A stretch of DNA of 63,423 nucleotides, filler included, from Reclinomonas americana ATCC 50394 (lineage: Eukaryota): the NCBI GenBank assembly GCA_048213135.1. It is 4 parts of one record of this genome, joined end to end, with 100 filler letters (N's around TTAATTAATTAA, not from the genome) between each part and the next. Parts side by side here need not be neighbours in the genome. Positions count along the whole stretch, not along the records: positions 18,187 to 42,945 come from PS015504.1; positions 43,046 to 57,231 come from PS015504.1; 2 more parts are not named here. One strand, 5' to 3'. Positions 41,146 to 57,331 of this stretch are shown here, piece after piece. Positions within the stretch are counted from its first letter, which is position 1. Every line of letters begins with the position of its first letter. Made by a program: the position numbers and the translations under genes. Under the pieces are notes generated by a model. The model did no database searches. It was given only the letters and a program-made list of their open reading frames with translations, and was not told the DNA's origin.

Positions 41146-41356
41146 TGACGATGCTGAGTGTGCTCCAACGGTTAGCCCGTGGTTGAAAAAAAGGGAGAGG
41201 GAATAGTGGTTGACGAACAGGAGTGGAGAGAGAAAGCGAAAGATTGTGTGATGTGGCGGCTTCTAGTCGCTGGTGTGTGCATTCACTGGGTGATGGGAGA
41301 GGTAAGATTGCTACCCAGCCGCACGTGCAGGAGGCGACATGCGGGGTGGGTGGTTT

Positions 41357-41966
41357 TCAAAGAGCGTAGAAACCGCTGCCGGGCTCGTAAGTTCCCCACG
41401 TTGCGCCCATCCACACCATGGAGAGACCTGCCAGCACCGCGAACGAGTAAGAGTGCATGCATGAGAAAGAGGGAGAGAGTGGGGAGAGAGACGACCAACC
41501 AGCAATGATGAACGGCATGATGGCGCGCTTCAGCGGCACCGTCTTGAACACAAAGTACTCGATCGCGAAATGCAGACCCGCCACAGCGTACGTGGCAAAC
41601 GCCGCCGCGTAGATGGCCGTGCTTCCGCCCAGATCGGCGGCCGCCAACAGGCGCACGGCACTCGTCGCCAGCGTCCATGTGGCAAATGTGCGCTCAAACA
41701 GCTCCGATGCCTCTGCAGTGATCGCAACAACAGAGCGTGAGCGTGTGTGCGCGAGGGGGGAAGAGAGACTAGAGCTCAACTGGGCTGGCTGCCCGAGTAC
41801 ATGGTCTTGGCGAGGTACCCGGGGCGGAAGAAGCCGCTGACGGTGGAGAAGAGGCCGGCGACCGCCGTGAATGCAATCCACCCTGCGATGTGCACACAGT
41901 GAGTGCACGCACACACGCAAGAGAGAGAAGGAAGAGACACTGAACGCAACAGGCAAGGAGCGTCAT
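41357..41966 (-). CDS. ERG28: ERG28-like ER sterol-biosynthesis scaffold protein
   Basis: RTFATWTLATSAVRL, YAVAGLHFAIEYFVFKT; small hydrophobic multi-exon gene. Confidence 0.8.
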
Positions 41967-42024
41967 CGATGCGAGAGAGTGTGAGAAGTGAGCGAAAAAA
42001 CGCAATCGCAATTTCGCTTCGTGC

Positions 42025-42696
<672 letters not shown>

Positions 42697-43077
42697 CAAC
42701 CCTCCCTCGACCCACCATCGGTTCACCAGCACCATCCGATTTACACACACAGCGAGAACAAAAAACGATACCAACGAGCAGGACGGTAGGCAGCGACAGG
42801 AGAGGAGAGAAGAGAGAATGAGAAAGCAAACAGCAAAGAACCCAGCCGGCCCAACAAGGCCAGCAGCAGCAGCAGCAACAGTACAGAAATAAAAGAAAAC
42901 ACACAGCTGTCATCGTTCGACCAACATCAAAAAGGCCCGAGGTGTNNNNNNNNNNNNNNNNNNNNNNNNNNNNNNNNNNNNNNNNNNNNTTAATTAATTA
43001 ANNNNNNNNNNNNNNNNNNNNNNNNNNNNNNNNNNNNNNNNNNNNGCTGTCATCGCATATACTCATTCTCTCTACAG

Positions 43078-44886
43078 TGTGCCGATGCGGAAACATATGC
43101 GCGAGAGAATGGCGGCGTGCCAAAGCCGAGTGAGACCATTACGTGCGTCGCATGGCGTGACACGATACCACCGACCCTCTCTAATTGTCTCCTTGTTCAC
43201 CACTGCAGTGGTCTGGCACAATCGTCTCTGACCACCATTCAGCAAAACTACGGCAGCATGCATCTGCGCTTCGGCAGACCGTTTCTGCTCCTGGAGTTTG
43301 TCAAGAGCGAGGCCGATCGACGAAGTCTCGACCTGCAAGGCAGCATGGAGGACCGTGCACACGCAGTTTCGCGTTTCCCTGTTGCTTGTGAAATGAGAGC
43401 ATCATTTACTCGCTCACTCGCTCACCCTCGGCCAGGTTCGCACGCTGGCGTATCGTGTGGCCGCCGACATGAATGCACAGCTGACTGTGTTTGCCACCGG
43501 CATGGTGGCGGCGATTGTGCTGACTGACTCTGCTCGAGCCATCGATGTGCCGATCTTGCAGGAGCGAGTGCAGCATGTGGCGCGTGAAATCAGCAAGCGT
43601 GGCGGGTGCGCTTGGATGCATCACCATCATCAGCATCACTCCAAACTCATCACTGTGCGTGCTCATGCAGACATTTGGCAATGCCCATCGATGCCGTGCT
43701 CGGTGGCAAGAAGGGTATCATCGCCTCCACCATCAAGAGACTGAAGCGTGACTTTGTGAAGAGCCTGCGGCGACGCGGTGTGGTGAGGCTGACTCAGGAT
43801 GTGTGGGCCACGTTACGTGTATGTGTGTGTGTTTTGCTTGTCGCTCGTCTCCCCGCGAGGAACTCACGCCAGCGACAATTGCTGGCGCAGAATGCACCTT
43901 TTGTGGTACAAGAACACACTCGTCCATGTGTTTGCCGAAGAGGCCATTCTACTCGTGGCTCTGCTGTCCTGTGGTAACGACGCCACACCCGCGCTGGCCA
44001 GTGTCACTGAGCGCGCGCTCTTCTTGTCCTGGTTGCTGCGTTTCGAGTTTATTTTCACGGCGCGGCGAAGTGAGTCGGCTGTCGTGGTCCGTCGCTCGCT
44101 CGAGCGCCTCGTTCAAGCCGGCCTCGTGGAGACAGTGGCAGCAGAGGGCGCAGACATTGTCGAATCCACCACATTGCGGTCTGGTGGTCGTTGTCAATGT
44201 GTTGTTCTCTCATACCTGCTTCTGACAGCATGCGGTCATGCGCATGCAGATTGGTGGCACGGTGTCGCGAGAATTGGTGGTTTGACTTTCTGTGCGGGCT
44301 CGTCCTGCCGCTGGTCGACAGCTACTGGTGCGGCCTGTTGGCCGTGCAAGCGTTGCGTGTCGACGGGCAGTCGCTGTCGCGCAAGGAGCTGACGGCGAGG
44401 GCGCGACACTTTACCGTTCGCTTGCATGCTCTCGTTGCGTCGTGCTTTGCGCGGGTGGCATTACTGCTTTTGAGTTGAGGCCCATGTATGTATGTGCAGG
44501 GCGTGTTGGGATCACTCGAATCGACATCAACGGAGACCATGAGCAACGTGATCGCCAGCCTCGTCGATGCCAAGTTGCTGAGCAGGGCCGGGGCGGGAGG
44601 TGATTCGTTGCAGGTGGCAGTCGATGGCGGAGATCGCAAGCCGACACATGTGCCGTGGCTCACCACGCTAAATGTGGACACTGTGAGCGATGCCGTACAA
44701 CAAGTGCGACAAGGCGCACAGGATGCGAAGGCAGTTGCGACAATAGCATCCCAACACAGAGAAATCTTGCGTGTGTGTCTGCTCACCCCTTTCTGCGGCT
44801 GTGTCCAGGCGCTGGCACTGGAGAGCACACGACGGGCGATCGAGGTGGTCGAGAGCGAGTGGCCGGTGCTGCGAGCCAAGCTATGA
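43078..44886 (+). CDS. Glycerone-/glycerol-3-phosphate acyltransferase (GNPAT-like) C-terminal part, with PTS1
   Basis: YGSMHLRFGRP, YKNTLVHVFAEEAI, LLRFEFIF, FLCGLVLPLVDSYW; ends AKL*; 5' part beyond contig end. Confidence 0.7.
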
Positions 44887-45959
44887 CGGATCCTCGTCCA
44901 ACATGTAATAATGAATCTGGGGGGCCCTCGTGTTGTTTACCGGCACGCTGACTGAGAGAGAGAGAGAGANNNNNNNNNNNNNNNNNNNNNNNNNNNNNNN
45001 NNNNNNNNNNNNNNNNNNNNNNNNNNNNNNNNNNNNNNNNNNNNNNNNNNNNNNNNNNNNNNNNNNNNNNNNNNNNNNNNNNNNNNNNNNNNNNNNNNNN
45101 NNNNNNNNNNNNNNNNNNNNNNNNNNNNNNNNNNNNNNNNNNNNNNNNNNNNNNNNNNNNNNNNNNNNNNNNNNNNNNNNNNNNNNNNNNNNNNNNNNNN
45201 NNNNNNNNNNNNNNNNNNNNNNNNNNNNNNNNNNNNNNNNNNNNNNNNNNNNNNNNNNNNNNNNNNNNNNNNNNNNNNNNNNNNNNNNNNNNNNNNNNNN
45301 NNNNNNNNNNNNNNNNNNNNNNNNNNNNNNNNNNNNNNNNNNNNNNNNNNNNNNNNNNNNNNNNNNNNNNNNNNNNNNNNNNNNNNNNNNNNNNNNNNNN
45401 NNNNNNNNNNNNNNNNNNNNNNNNNNNNNNNNNNNNNNNNNNNNNNNNNNNNNNNNNNNNNNNNNNNNNNNNNNNNNNNNNNNNNNNNNNNNNNNNNNNN
45501 NNNNNNNNNNNNNNNNNNNNNNNNNNNNNNNNNNNNNNNNNNNNNNNNNNNNNNNNNNNNNNNNNNNGAGAGAGAGAGAGAGAGAGAGAAGAGGCAGAAA
45601 GAAGCTGCGGGAGAGAAGCTGCATTGAGAGACAAGGGAGGAGGGAGAGAGAGAGAGAGAGGCGATCTGCGCTGCGGTCTCCAAGCTATGACGGATCCCCA
45701 CGACAGTGATAATGAATCTGGGAGCCCTCCTGTAGCTTACCGACACGATGACGAGCCAGTGCACGAAGGAAACCGTAACCTCAGCGCCCTCGTTTCCAAA
45801 GCAAGCACAGTCCGCAATCTCATCCACACACCCAAGAGCTCTCACCACAACTCTCCATCTCTTCACTGCACCACACCACCATCTAACAACAAACAAAACA
45901 ACACGAACAGAGTGTGCACTATTGGATGCGCCCACTTTTCCACCACATCACCCCGGCGC

Positions 45960-46315
45960 TCACTGCTGTGGCATCGATGATGATGATGACGACACGTCAC
46001 CATGCAGCTGCTCACGCACAGTCTCCCACTTCTCCTTGCGCACGCGCGCCTTTTCGCGGTTCTCCGCAGAGATACGCAATCGCTCGGCGCGACAGCATCG
46101 ATTCACGGCCAAGTTCACATCGTTGCAGTAGCCGACGAACTTGAGAACGGGATGTGACTGCCACACAGAGAGAGATGCGAAAGATGCAAGTTGGATCTCT
46201 CGTGGTCGCTGCAGGCACGAGCGCACACCCATGGAGTTACCTTGTGGCAGTTCTCCAGTGCTGCGAACACCTCAGCGCAGTTGGGAAAGCGCAGTGTTGT
46301 CAAGTGAGGGTGCAT
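45960..46315 (-). CDS. CMC2: COX assembly twin CX9C protein CMC2
   Basis: MHPHL...CAEVFAALENCHK|SHPVLKFVGYCNDVNLAVNRC. Confidence 0.85.
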
Positions 46316-46745
46316 TCTCTCGCGATCCGGAGCTTCGCAGCAATGATTAGGACAGCGATGTGCGGAGTCCGCAGCAGAAGCGACTCTTTGAGTGAAACTA
46401 CATGTAGCATGCAGTTGCATGCGTGGCACTTAAGCAAGCAGTGCATTGTGTGCTCCATGCGACGTCGAATTGCGAAGTCAACTGCACATGCAACTCGTCG
46501 TCCACTGCCGACGACAAAGTCACAAGCACGCTCTCGTGTTGTCCTTCTCTATACACGAGTGACACACTGCGGTCCACACAGCACGGCGTACGACAACTCC
46601 AACTCTGTCTTGTCCTGCGCACATTTCATCACTCACACTTTCACTCATTCGGCGCGTACGAGCAGTTCTCGCGCACCTTCTGCACTCACTTCACACCACC
46701 AACACCTCTTCTCCCCCTGCTTCACCGTCTGCTTCTCGCACAAAC

Positions 46746-50791
<4,046 letters not shown>

Positions 50792-50962
50792 GCCTGCAGG
50801 TCGCGCCCTGCAGGCTAACCAGCTTCTGGTTTTTCGTCGCACGCATATTTTTCCATGTTTTGTTTCAAATGTCGCGGTGTTCTTTCCTTTTTTTCCCGTA
50901 GCCCTCTCTACTCCTGCTCTCCGTGGTGTGCCCATTATTGATGGCACGGCACGGACTTGCAT

Positions 50963-51029
50963 GTTGTCGTATGACGCACCCACTCTGAAACGGCAAACAC
51001 GCCGTCGAGTGGTGCTGATAACGGATAAT
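50963..51029 (+). promoter_or_regulatory. Eukaryotic SECIS element (type II)
   Basis: ATGA (50971), stem GCAC-C-CACTC / GAGTG-GTGC, unpaired AA(A) at 50988, mini-stem CGGC/GCCG, TGAT (51016), lower stem TTGTCGT/ACGGATAA. Confidence 0.9.
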
Positions 51030-52597
51030 TTTCCCTGCTGCTTTTTTGTGCGTGCTCATTTGCCCCGTGTGCGAGGGCGTGAGCATGCAACAGTGGATTC
51101 TTTCTCGGTCAACATGTTCTTGGATGGAGAGAGGGAGGACAGAATTAAAAAGAATCGACGTCGCGTCCCAACGGCTACGTCACACAAAAAAAAAAGGCGC
51201 GTTTTTCGCTAATTGTGCCATCACGCGCGCGTGTGTGTCTACACCTCGCTTTAGACAACCACAAGACACACTAGTGACAGAGAGAGCGCGTGTCTGTGTG
51301 CAANNNNNNNNNNNNNNNNNNNNNNNNNNNNNNNNNNNNNNNNNNNNNNNNNNNNNNNNNNNNNNNNNNNNNNNNNNNNNNNNNNNNNNNNNNNNNNNNN
51401 NNNNNNNNNNNNNNNNNNNNNNNNNNNNNNNNNNNNNNNNNNNNNNNNNNNNNNNNNNNNNNNNNNNNNNNNNNNNNNNNNNNNNNNNNNNNNNNNNNNN
51501 NNNNNNNNNNNNNNNNNNNNNNNNNNNNNNNNNNNNNNNNNNNNNNNNNNNNNNNNNNNNNNNNNNNNNNNNNNNNNNNNNNNNNNNNNNNNNNNNNNNN
51601 NNNNNNNNNNNNNNNNNNNNNNNNNNNNNNNNNNNNNNNNNNNNNNNNNNNNNNNNNNNNNNNNNNNNNNNNNNNNNNNNNNNNNNNNNNNNNNNNNNNN
51701 NNNNNNNNNNNNNNNNNNNNNNNNNNNNNNNNNNNNNNNNNNNNNNNNNNNNNNNNNNNNNNNNNNNNNNNNNNNNNNNNNNNNNNNNNNNNNNNNNNNN
51801 NNNNNNNNNNNNNNNNNNNNNNNNNNNNNNNNNNNNNNNNNNNNNNNNNNNNNNNNNNNNNNNNNNNNNNNNNNNNNNNNNNNNNNNNNNNNNNNNNNNN
51901 NNNNNNNNNNNNNNNNNNNNNNNNNNNNNNNNNNNNNNNNNNNNNNNNNNNNNNNNNNNNNNNNNNNNNNNNNNNNNNNNNNNNNNNNNNNNNNNNNNNN
52001 NNNNNNNNNNNNNNNNNNNNNNNNNNNNNNNNNNNNNNNNNNNNNNNNNNNNNNNNNNNNNNNNNNNNNNNNNNNNNNNNNNNNNNNNNNNNNNNNNNNN
52101 NNNNNNNNNNNNNNNNNNNNNNNNNNNNNNNNNNNNNNNNNNNNNNNNNNNNNNNNNNNNNNNNNNNNNNNNNNNNNNNNNNNNNNNNNNNNNNNNNNNN
52201 NNNNATGGATTCTTCCCCCCGTCGTTTCAGCATCGCCACCCCACCCGCGCTCGAGGCCGGTGGTCCACGACTCTGCGTTGTCGAGACGCGCAATGACGAT
52301 GCTGGCGATTAGCAGTGTCGCCGCCTCACGAAGACAGAGAGGTTACGAGGAGAGGAGGAGTGAGTGGGAGAGAGAGCAGGAAGGGGGTGCTTTTATCCAC
52401 CGTTGTTAATGTGTTTTCTAGGCTGTTTCCGGAGGCTTGCGCGGGAGAGTTGTCACCGTATCATTTGTTTTTTAACTCCCCCGCGCGCGCATGTCTCTCT
52501 TTTTTCATGTGCCTCCTCCGCTCTCCCCACCCACTCCCTCCCCTGTTTATGTAAAAAAAGCGAAAAAGTAAAGGATAGTTGTGTTTGCAGCAAGAAG

Positions 52598-55244
52598 ATG
52601 CTGAGATTCGCGATCCATTCAGTTGCAATCCGACACGCAGTTTCATACCAAAGCCGTGACGAGCGCGCTGTTTCCCCGCGCTTGCCACCTCCCCTTCTCC
52701 GCCCCTCCCCTTCTCAACCTCCGCCTCTCTCTCTCACGTGTGGGTGTGTGTGCGTGCGTGTGAGAAATGTCGGTCGACACTAGCCGCTTGACGACCCCGC
52801 TCTCGCCTCTCTCCCCGTCCTCGGTGGCCGCCCGGGACAGTGTGCCTCCTTGCCTCGCCCCCAATGGCTGCATCGGCATTCGCCGCGAGGACAAGAACCA
52901 GTGGGAACGACGTGCGCCGCTGACGCCCGCTCACGTGGCCACGCTAGTGCGTGAGCATGGCCTGCGCATCTTGGTGCAGCCGTCGCCCATTCGTTGCTTC
53001 TCCAACGTGGAGGTGCGTGCGCGTGTGTATGTGTCACTGCATCATGCTCTCTTGAGTGACTGACTGACTTGACTTGGCGATGCGCGTGTACAGTATGAGC
53101 GTGCGGGTGCGGAGATTTGCGAAGATTTGTCTCCGTGCTGCCTCATTCTGGCGGTGAAGGAGGTGCCGATCAGCTGCCTCCTGCCGCATCGCACCTACAT
53201 GTTCTTCTCGCACACGATCAAGGCGCAGACGTACAACATGCCGCTGCTCGATTCGCTGCTTCTGCAAAACATTCGTTTGTTCGACTATGAGCCCATTCGT
53301 GACGCTGAAGGGGAGCGCATGGTCCGCTTTGGTCCGTTTGCGGGCTTGGCTGGCACTATCGATGCGCTCCACGTGCTCGGTGATCGCCTGTTGTCACGTG
53401 GTGTTGCCACTCCGTTCCTTGTTGCGTACCGCATCTCTTGTGCATGTATGTGTGTGTGTGTGTCTCTTGTCTTATGCGCTGCGCTGCGTGTTTAGTACAT
53501 TGCGTGGGCGCGCAACTACGCCACCCTCGACAAGGCCAAGGAGGCGGTTCGCGATGCTGGCAATCAGATTCGTCAGTTTGGTCTGGACGAGAGTCTGGCA
53601 CCGCTGGTGTTTGTCGTCACGGCGCGTGGCAGTGTGGCCACGGGCTCGATGGAGATTTTGAAGCTGCTGCCCATCACCATGGTCTCTGTGGCCGAGTTGC
53701 CGTCCCTGGTGCCAGGTTTGCTGTTCACTCTCTCTTGACAAGTGAATGTGGAGCTGACGCATGTTGGTGTGTGCAGATCCAAATACGATTTACCTGTGCC
53801 AGGCANNNNNNNNNNNNNNNNNNNNNNNNNNNNNNNNNNNNNNNNNNNNNNNNNNNNNNNNNNNNNNNNNNNNNNNNNNNNNNNNNNNNNNNNNNNNNNN
53901 NNNNNNNNNNNNNNNNNNNNNNNNNNNNNNNNNNNNNNNNNNNNNNNNNNNNNNNNNNNNNNNNNNNNNNNNNNNNNNNNNNNNNNNNNNNNNNNNNNNN
54001 NNNNNNNNNNNNNNNNNNNNNNNNNNNNNNNNNNNNNNNNNNNNNNNNNNNNNNNNNNNNNNNNNNNNNNNNNNNNNNNNNNNNNNNNNNNNNNNNNNNN
54101 NNNNNNNNNNNNNNNNNNNNNNNNNNNNNNNNNNNNNNNNNNNNNNNNNNNNNNNNNNNNNNNNNNNNNNNNNNNNNNNNNNNNNNNNNNNNNNNNNNNN
54201 NNNNNNNNNNNNNNNNNNNNNNNNNNNNNNNNNNNNNNNNNNNNNNNNNNNNNNNNNNNNNNNNNNNNNNNNNNNNNNNNNNNNNNNNNNNNNNNNNNNN
54301 NNNNNNNNNNNNNNNNNNNNNNNNNNNNNNNNNNNNNNNNNNNNNNNNNNNNNNNNNNNNNNNNNNNNNNNNNNNNNNNNNNNNNNNNNNNNNNNNNNNN
54401 NNNNNNNNNNNNNNNNNNNNNNNNNNNNNNNNNNNNNNNNNNNNNNNNNNNNNNNNNNNNNNNNNNNNNNNNNNNNNNNNNNNNNNNNNNNNNNNNNNNN
54501 NNNNNNNNNNNNNNNNNNNNNNNNNNNNNNNNNNNNNNNNNNNNNNNNNNNNNNNNNNNNNNNNNNNNNNNNNNNNNNNNNNNNNNNNNNNNNNNNNNNN
54601 NNNNNNNNNNNNNNNNNNNNNNNNNNNNNNNNNNNNNNNNNNNNNNNNNNNACTCGCCAAGATGGAGAGCGCGCCGGAGGAGGAGCGTGAGTTCGCCATC
54701 GACACGTTCCACTGGCTCGGCCTCTTCTCCGACTCGGAAATGATCGTGCCACGTGGCTCGGTGCTCGACACGCTGTCTGTGCAGCTGGAAAAGAAGCTCA
54801 AATTCAAGGAGGGAGAGCGTGACACGGTGCTGATGAAGCACGACTTCCTCTTCTCCAAGGGGTACGTGCCTTATCCTGTGCAATACCATCTTTCCCTTTT
54901 TGTGCTAATGTCGAAAGAATGACACAGAGAGGAGGAGGTTCAGGTCACTTCCACAATGATTGCCACTGGAGAGCCGCAGTCGTACAGCGCCATGGCACGT
55001 ACAGTCGGTTTCCCGCTGGCCATCAGCACCGAGTTGGTGCTCACAGTTGCGCTTGTTTTCCGCGCCCTCTCTCTCTCCTGCCTTGCGCGTCTGTCGTCGC
55101 TTACCACACGTAATTGTGTAGGGCGTCATTTCGACCCCGGGTGTGTTGACGCCGGTGCAGAAGCATGTGTACGAGCCTGTGTTGGAGGGTCTGGCACGAC
55201 GAGGTATCGAGTTGGCGGAGACGGAGAAGCGGTTGAGGAAATAA
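52598..55244 (+). CDS. AASS: Bifunctional lysine-ketoglutarate reductase/saccharopine dehydrogenase, middle in gap
   Basis: GIRREDKNQWERRAPLTP, FFSHTIKAQ, RLFDYE, FGPFAGLAG; C-terminal GERDTVLMKH, SAMARTVGFP. Confidence 0.92.
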
Positions 55245-55349
55245 TGTCGCTGCGGCGCGCGCTGACAGGCAGGCGGCTGGGTGGGGCGTGACAGAAGTAC
55301 GCATACAGTTTTTTTCTTTACGGCGTGGTAATGCATGAGCTTGCAAATT

Positions 55350-57177
55350 CTAGATGTCGCTGTCACAGCCCCACGGCGGGCACAGGTCGCTTCGCTTCTG
55401 GCAGTAGCTTCCGTGGAACCCGTCGTCGCATTGGCTGTCAGTATAACTGCTGTGAGTGTGTGCTGCGACTTTGGAACGCTGGCAGAATGCGAGAAACGGC
55501 TCACCAGCGAGTGCTGCCGTCCGCGTTCTTCACACACTTGCCGTGCCGGCCGCAGTAGCACAGCGGGCACTTGCCAGTGTCGACCTGTTCGGAGCACGTC
55601 GGCCCAGAGTAGCCTTTCTCGCACTCACTGTGATGTGTAGCATGGCCGTCAAGCGGGTGTGGTAGTGTTGGGAGATGTTGTCACGGAGTGGACTCACCAG
55701 CTCTCCTTCCCGTGAATCTGCTGGCACTTTCCGTGCGGTCCGCACTGCAACGTGCAGGGACCCGGCGGCGGCGGCGTCGATGGCGGGACGTCGCACCAGG
55801 TGCCCGTGTAATTGTCGGTGCACTCACTGCACGAGAAACAGTAAGTAGCGTGCTTCCACGAAAGCTCTAAGTTCACCAACGCGAACCACGTGGGAGTGTT
55901 GTTTGGAGCAGTCACGATGCACTTGCCGTGCTTGCCGCAAAAGTGAGTGAGGCATGGCGGGAACGGAAGCAGAGCTGTTGACAAGAATGTGAGTGCGCAC
56001 GCATCGCGAATCCTAGTGACAGCAGGAGACGCACAGTCAATCAGCGGTTTGATGTCCGAGAGGCGGAGACCGCAGTCCTTCTTCAGGAAGTCATCGTGGA
56101 CTGTGTGGCGAGTGAGCACAACGATTTTGCAAGAGATGCAAGTACTTTTCCAACAACCACGAACCTGGTGGTGGCTGGCACGAACTGCCAATGTGACCGT
56201 GAAGGCATTTGCTGATGGGTGAGCGAGGGTTAGCAGTGAAACAAAGCAATGACGGTGCAGAGTGACTCACCACGTGGGTTTGCCATTCTCGACGACACAT
56301 TTACCGTAGGTGCCGCACTTGAAATCCTTGCATACATCAGTCGACGTCGGCGGCGTCTGGCACTTCTGACCAGAGTATCCGTCGATACAAATGCTACGTA
56401 GTTTGCCGGCAGTTCAGTGCATGGATGATTGACGATTGCAAAACACCGGCTTCGTGCGTGCGTACCAGACTGGCGTGTCGTGCTCGACCTTGCAAGAGCC
56501 GTGCTGGCCACAGCAATAGCCCTTGCACACGTCGACTGGGCGTGGTGGTGTCTGGCAGTTCGGGCCTGAGTAGCCACCGGAGCAGGCACTGTATCATTGA
56601 TGGGGAAGACAGGGAGGTGAGTCTTTTCTTGCTTCTCATGCAGGTCTACTTTGACATCACTCACCATTTGGGTGTGTTGTTCTCCGCCACACACTTGCCG
56701 TAGCTGCCACAGTTGAAATCCTTGCACACGTCAACTGGGTACGGCGGTGTGAGACAGTTCGGGCCAGAGTAGCCACCGGTGCACACACTGCATCATCGAC
56801 ATGGAAGGAAGACAGGGAGGTGAGATCTTCCCGGCTTCCCACACCTCTCCCTCGGCATCACTCACCACTTCGGAGTGTTGTTCTCCGCTACACACTTGCC
56901 GTAGCTGCCACAGTTGAAGTCTTTGCACACGTCGACTGGGTACGGCGGTGTCTGGCAGTTCGGTCCAGAGTAGCCACCGTTGCACACACTGTATTACCGA
57001 CGTCAGTCCTTCCCTACTTCTCACACAGATCTCCCTCGGCATCACTAACCACTTCGGTGTGCTGTTCTCCACCACACAGTAGCCGTTGCTGCCGCAGTTG
57101 AAGTTCTTGCACACATCGACTGGGTATGGCGGTGTGAGACAGTTCGCGCCAGAGTAGCCACCGTTGCACACACTGCA
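55350..57177 (-). CDS. Tandem EGF-like repeat protein, 5' incomplete
   Basis: Repeated C.C.GGYSG.NC.TPP.PVDVCK.F.CG..G.C units, about one per exon; ends CPPWGCDSDI*. Confidence 0.85.
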
Positions 57178-57331
57178 TCATCGAAGTGGGAGGAAGACAG
57201 GGAGGTGAGACCTTGCTGCTTCTCACACAGANNNNNNNNNNNNNNNNNNNNNNNNNNNNNNNNNNNNNNNNNNNNTTAATTAATTAANNNNNNNNNNNNN
57301 NNNNNNNNNNNNNNNNNNNNNNNNNNNNNNN

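Noticed and set aside
53806..54651. AASS apparently too short (also HSP70 at the 60982-61978 gap)
   Set aside because: Missing coding sequence falls in N gaps whose lengths are estimates
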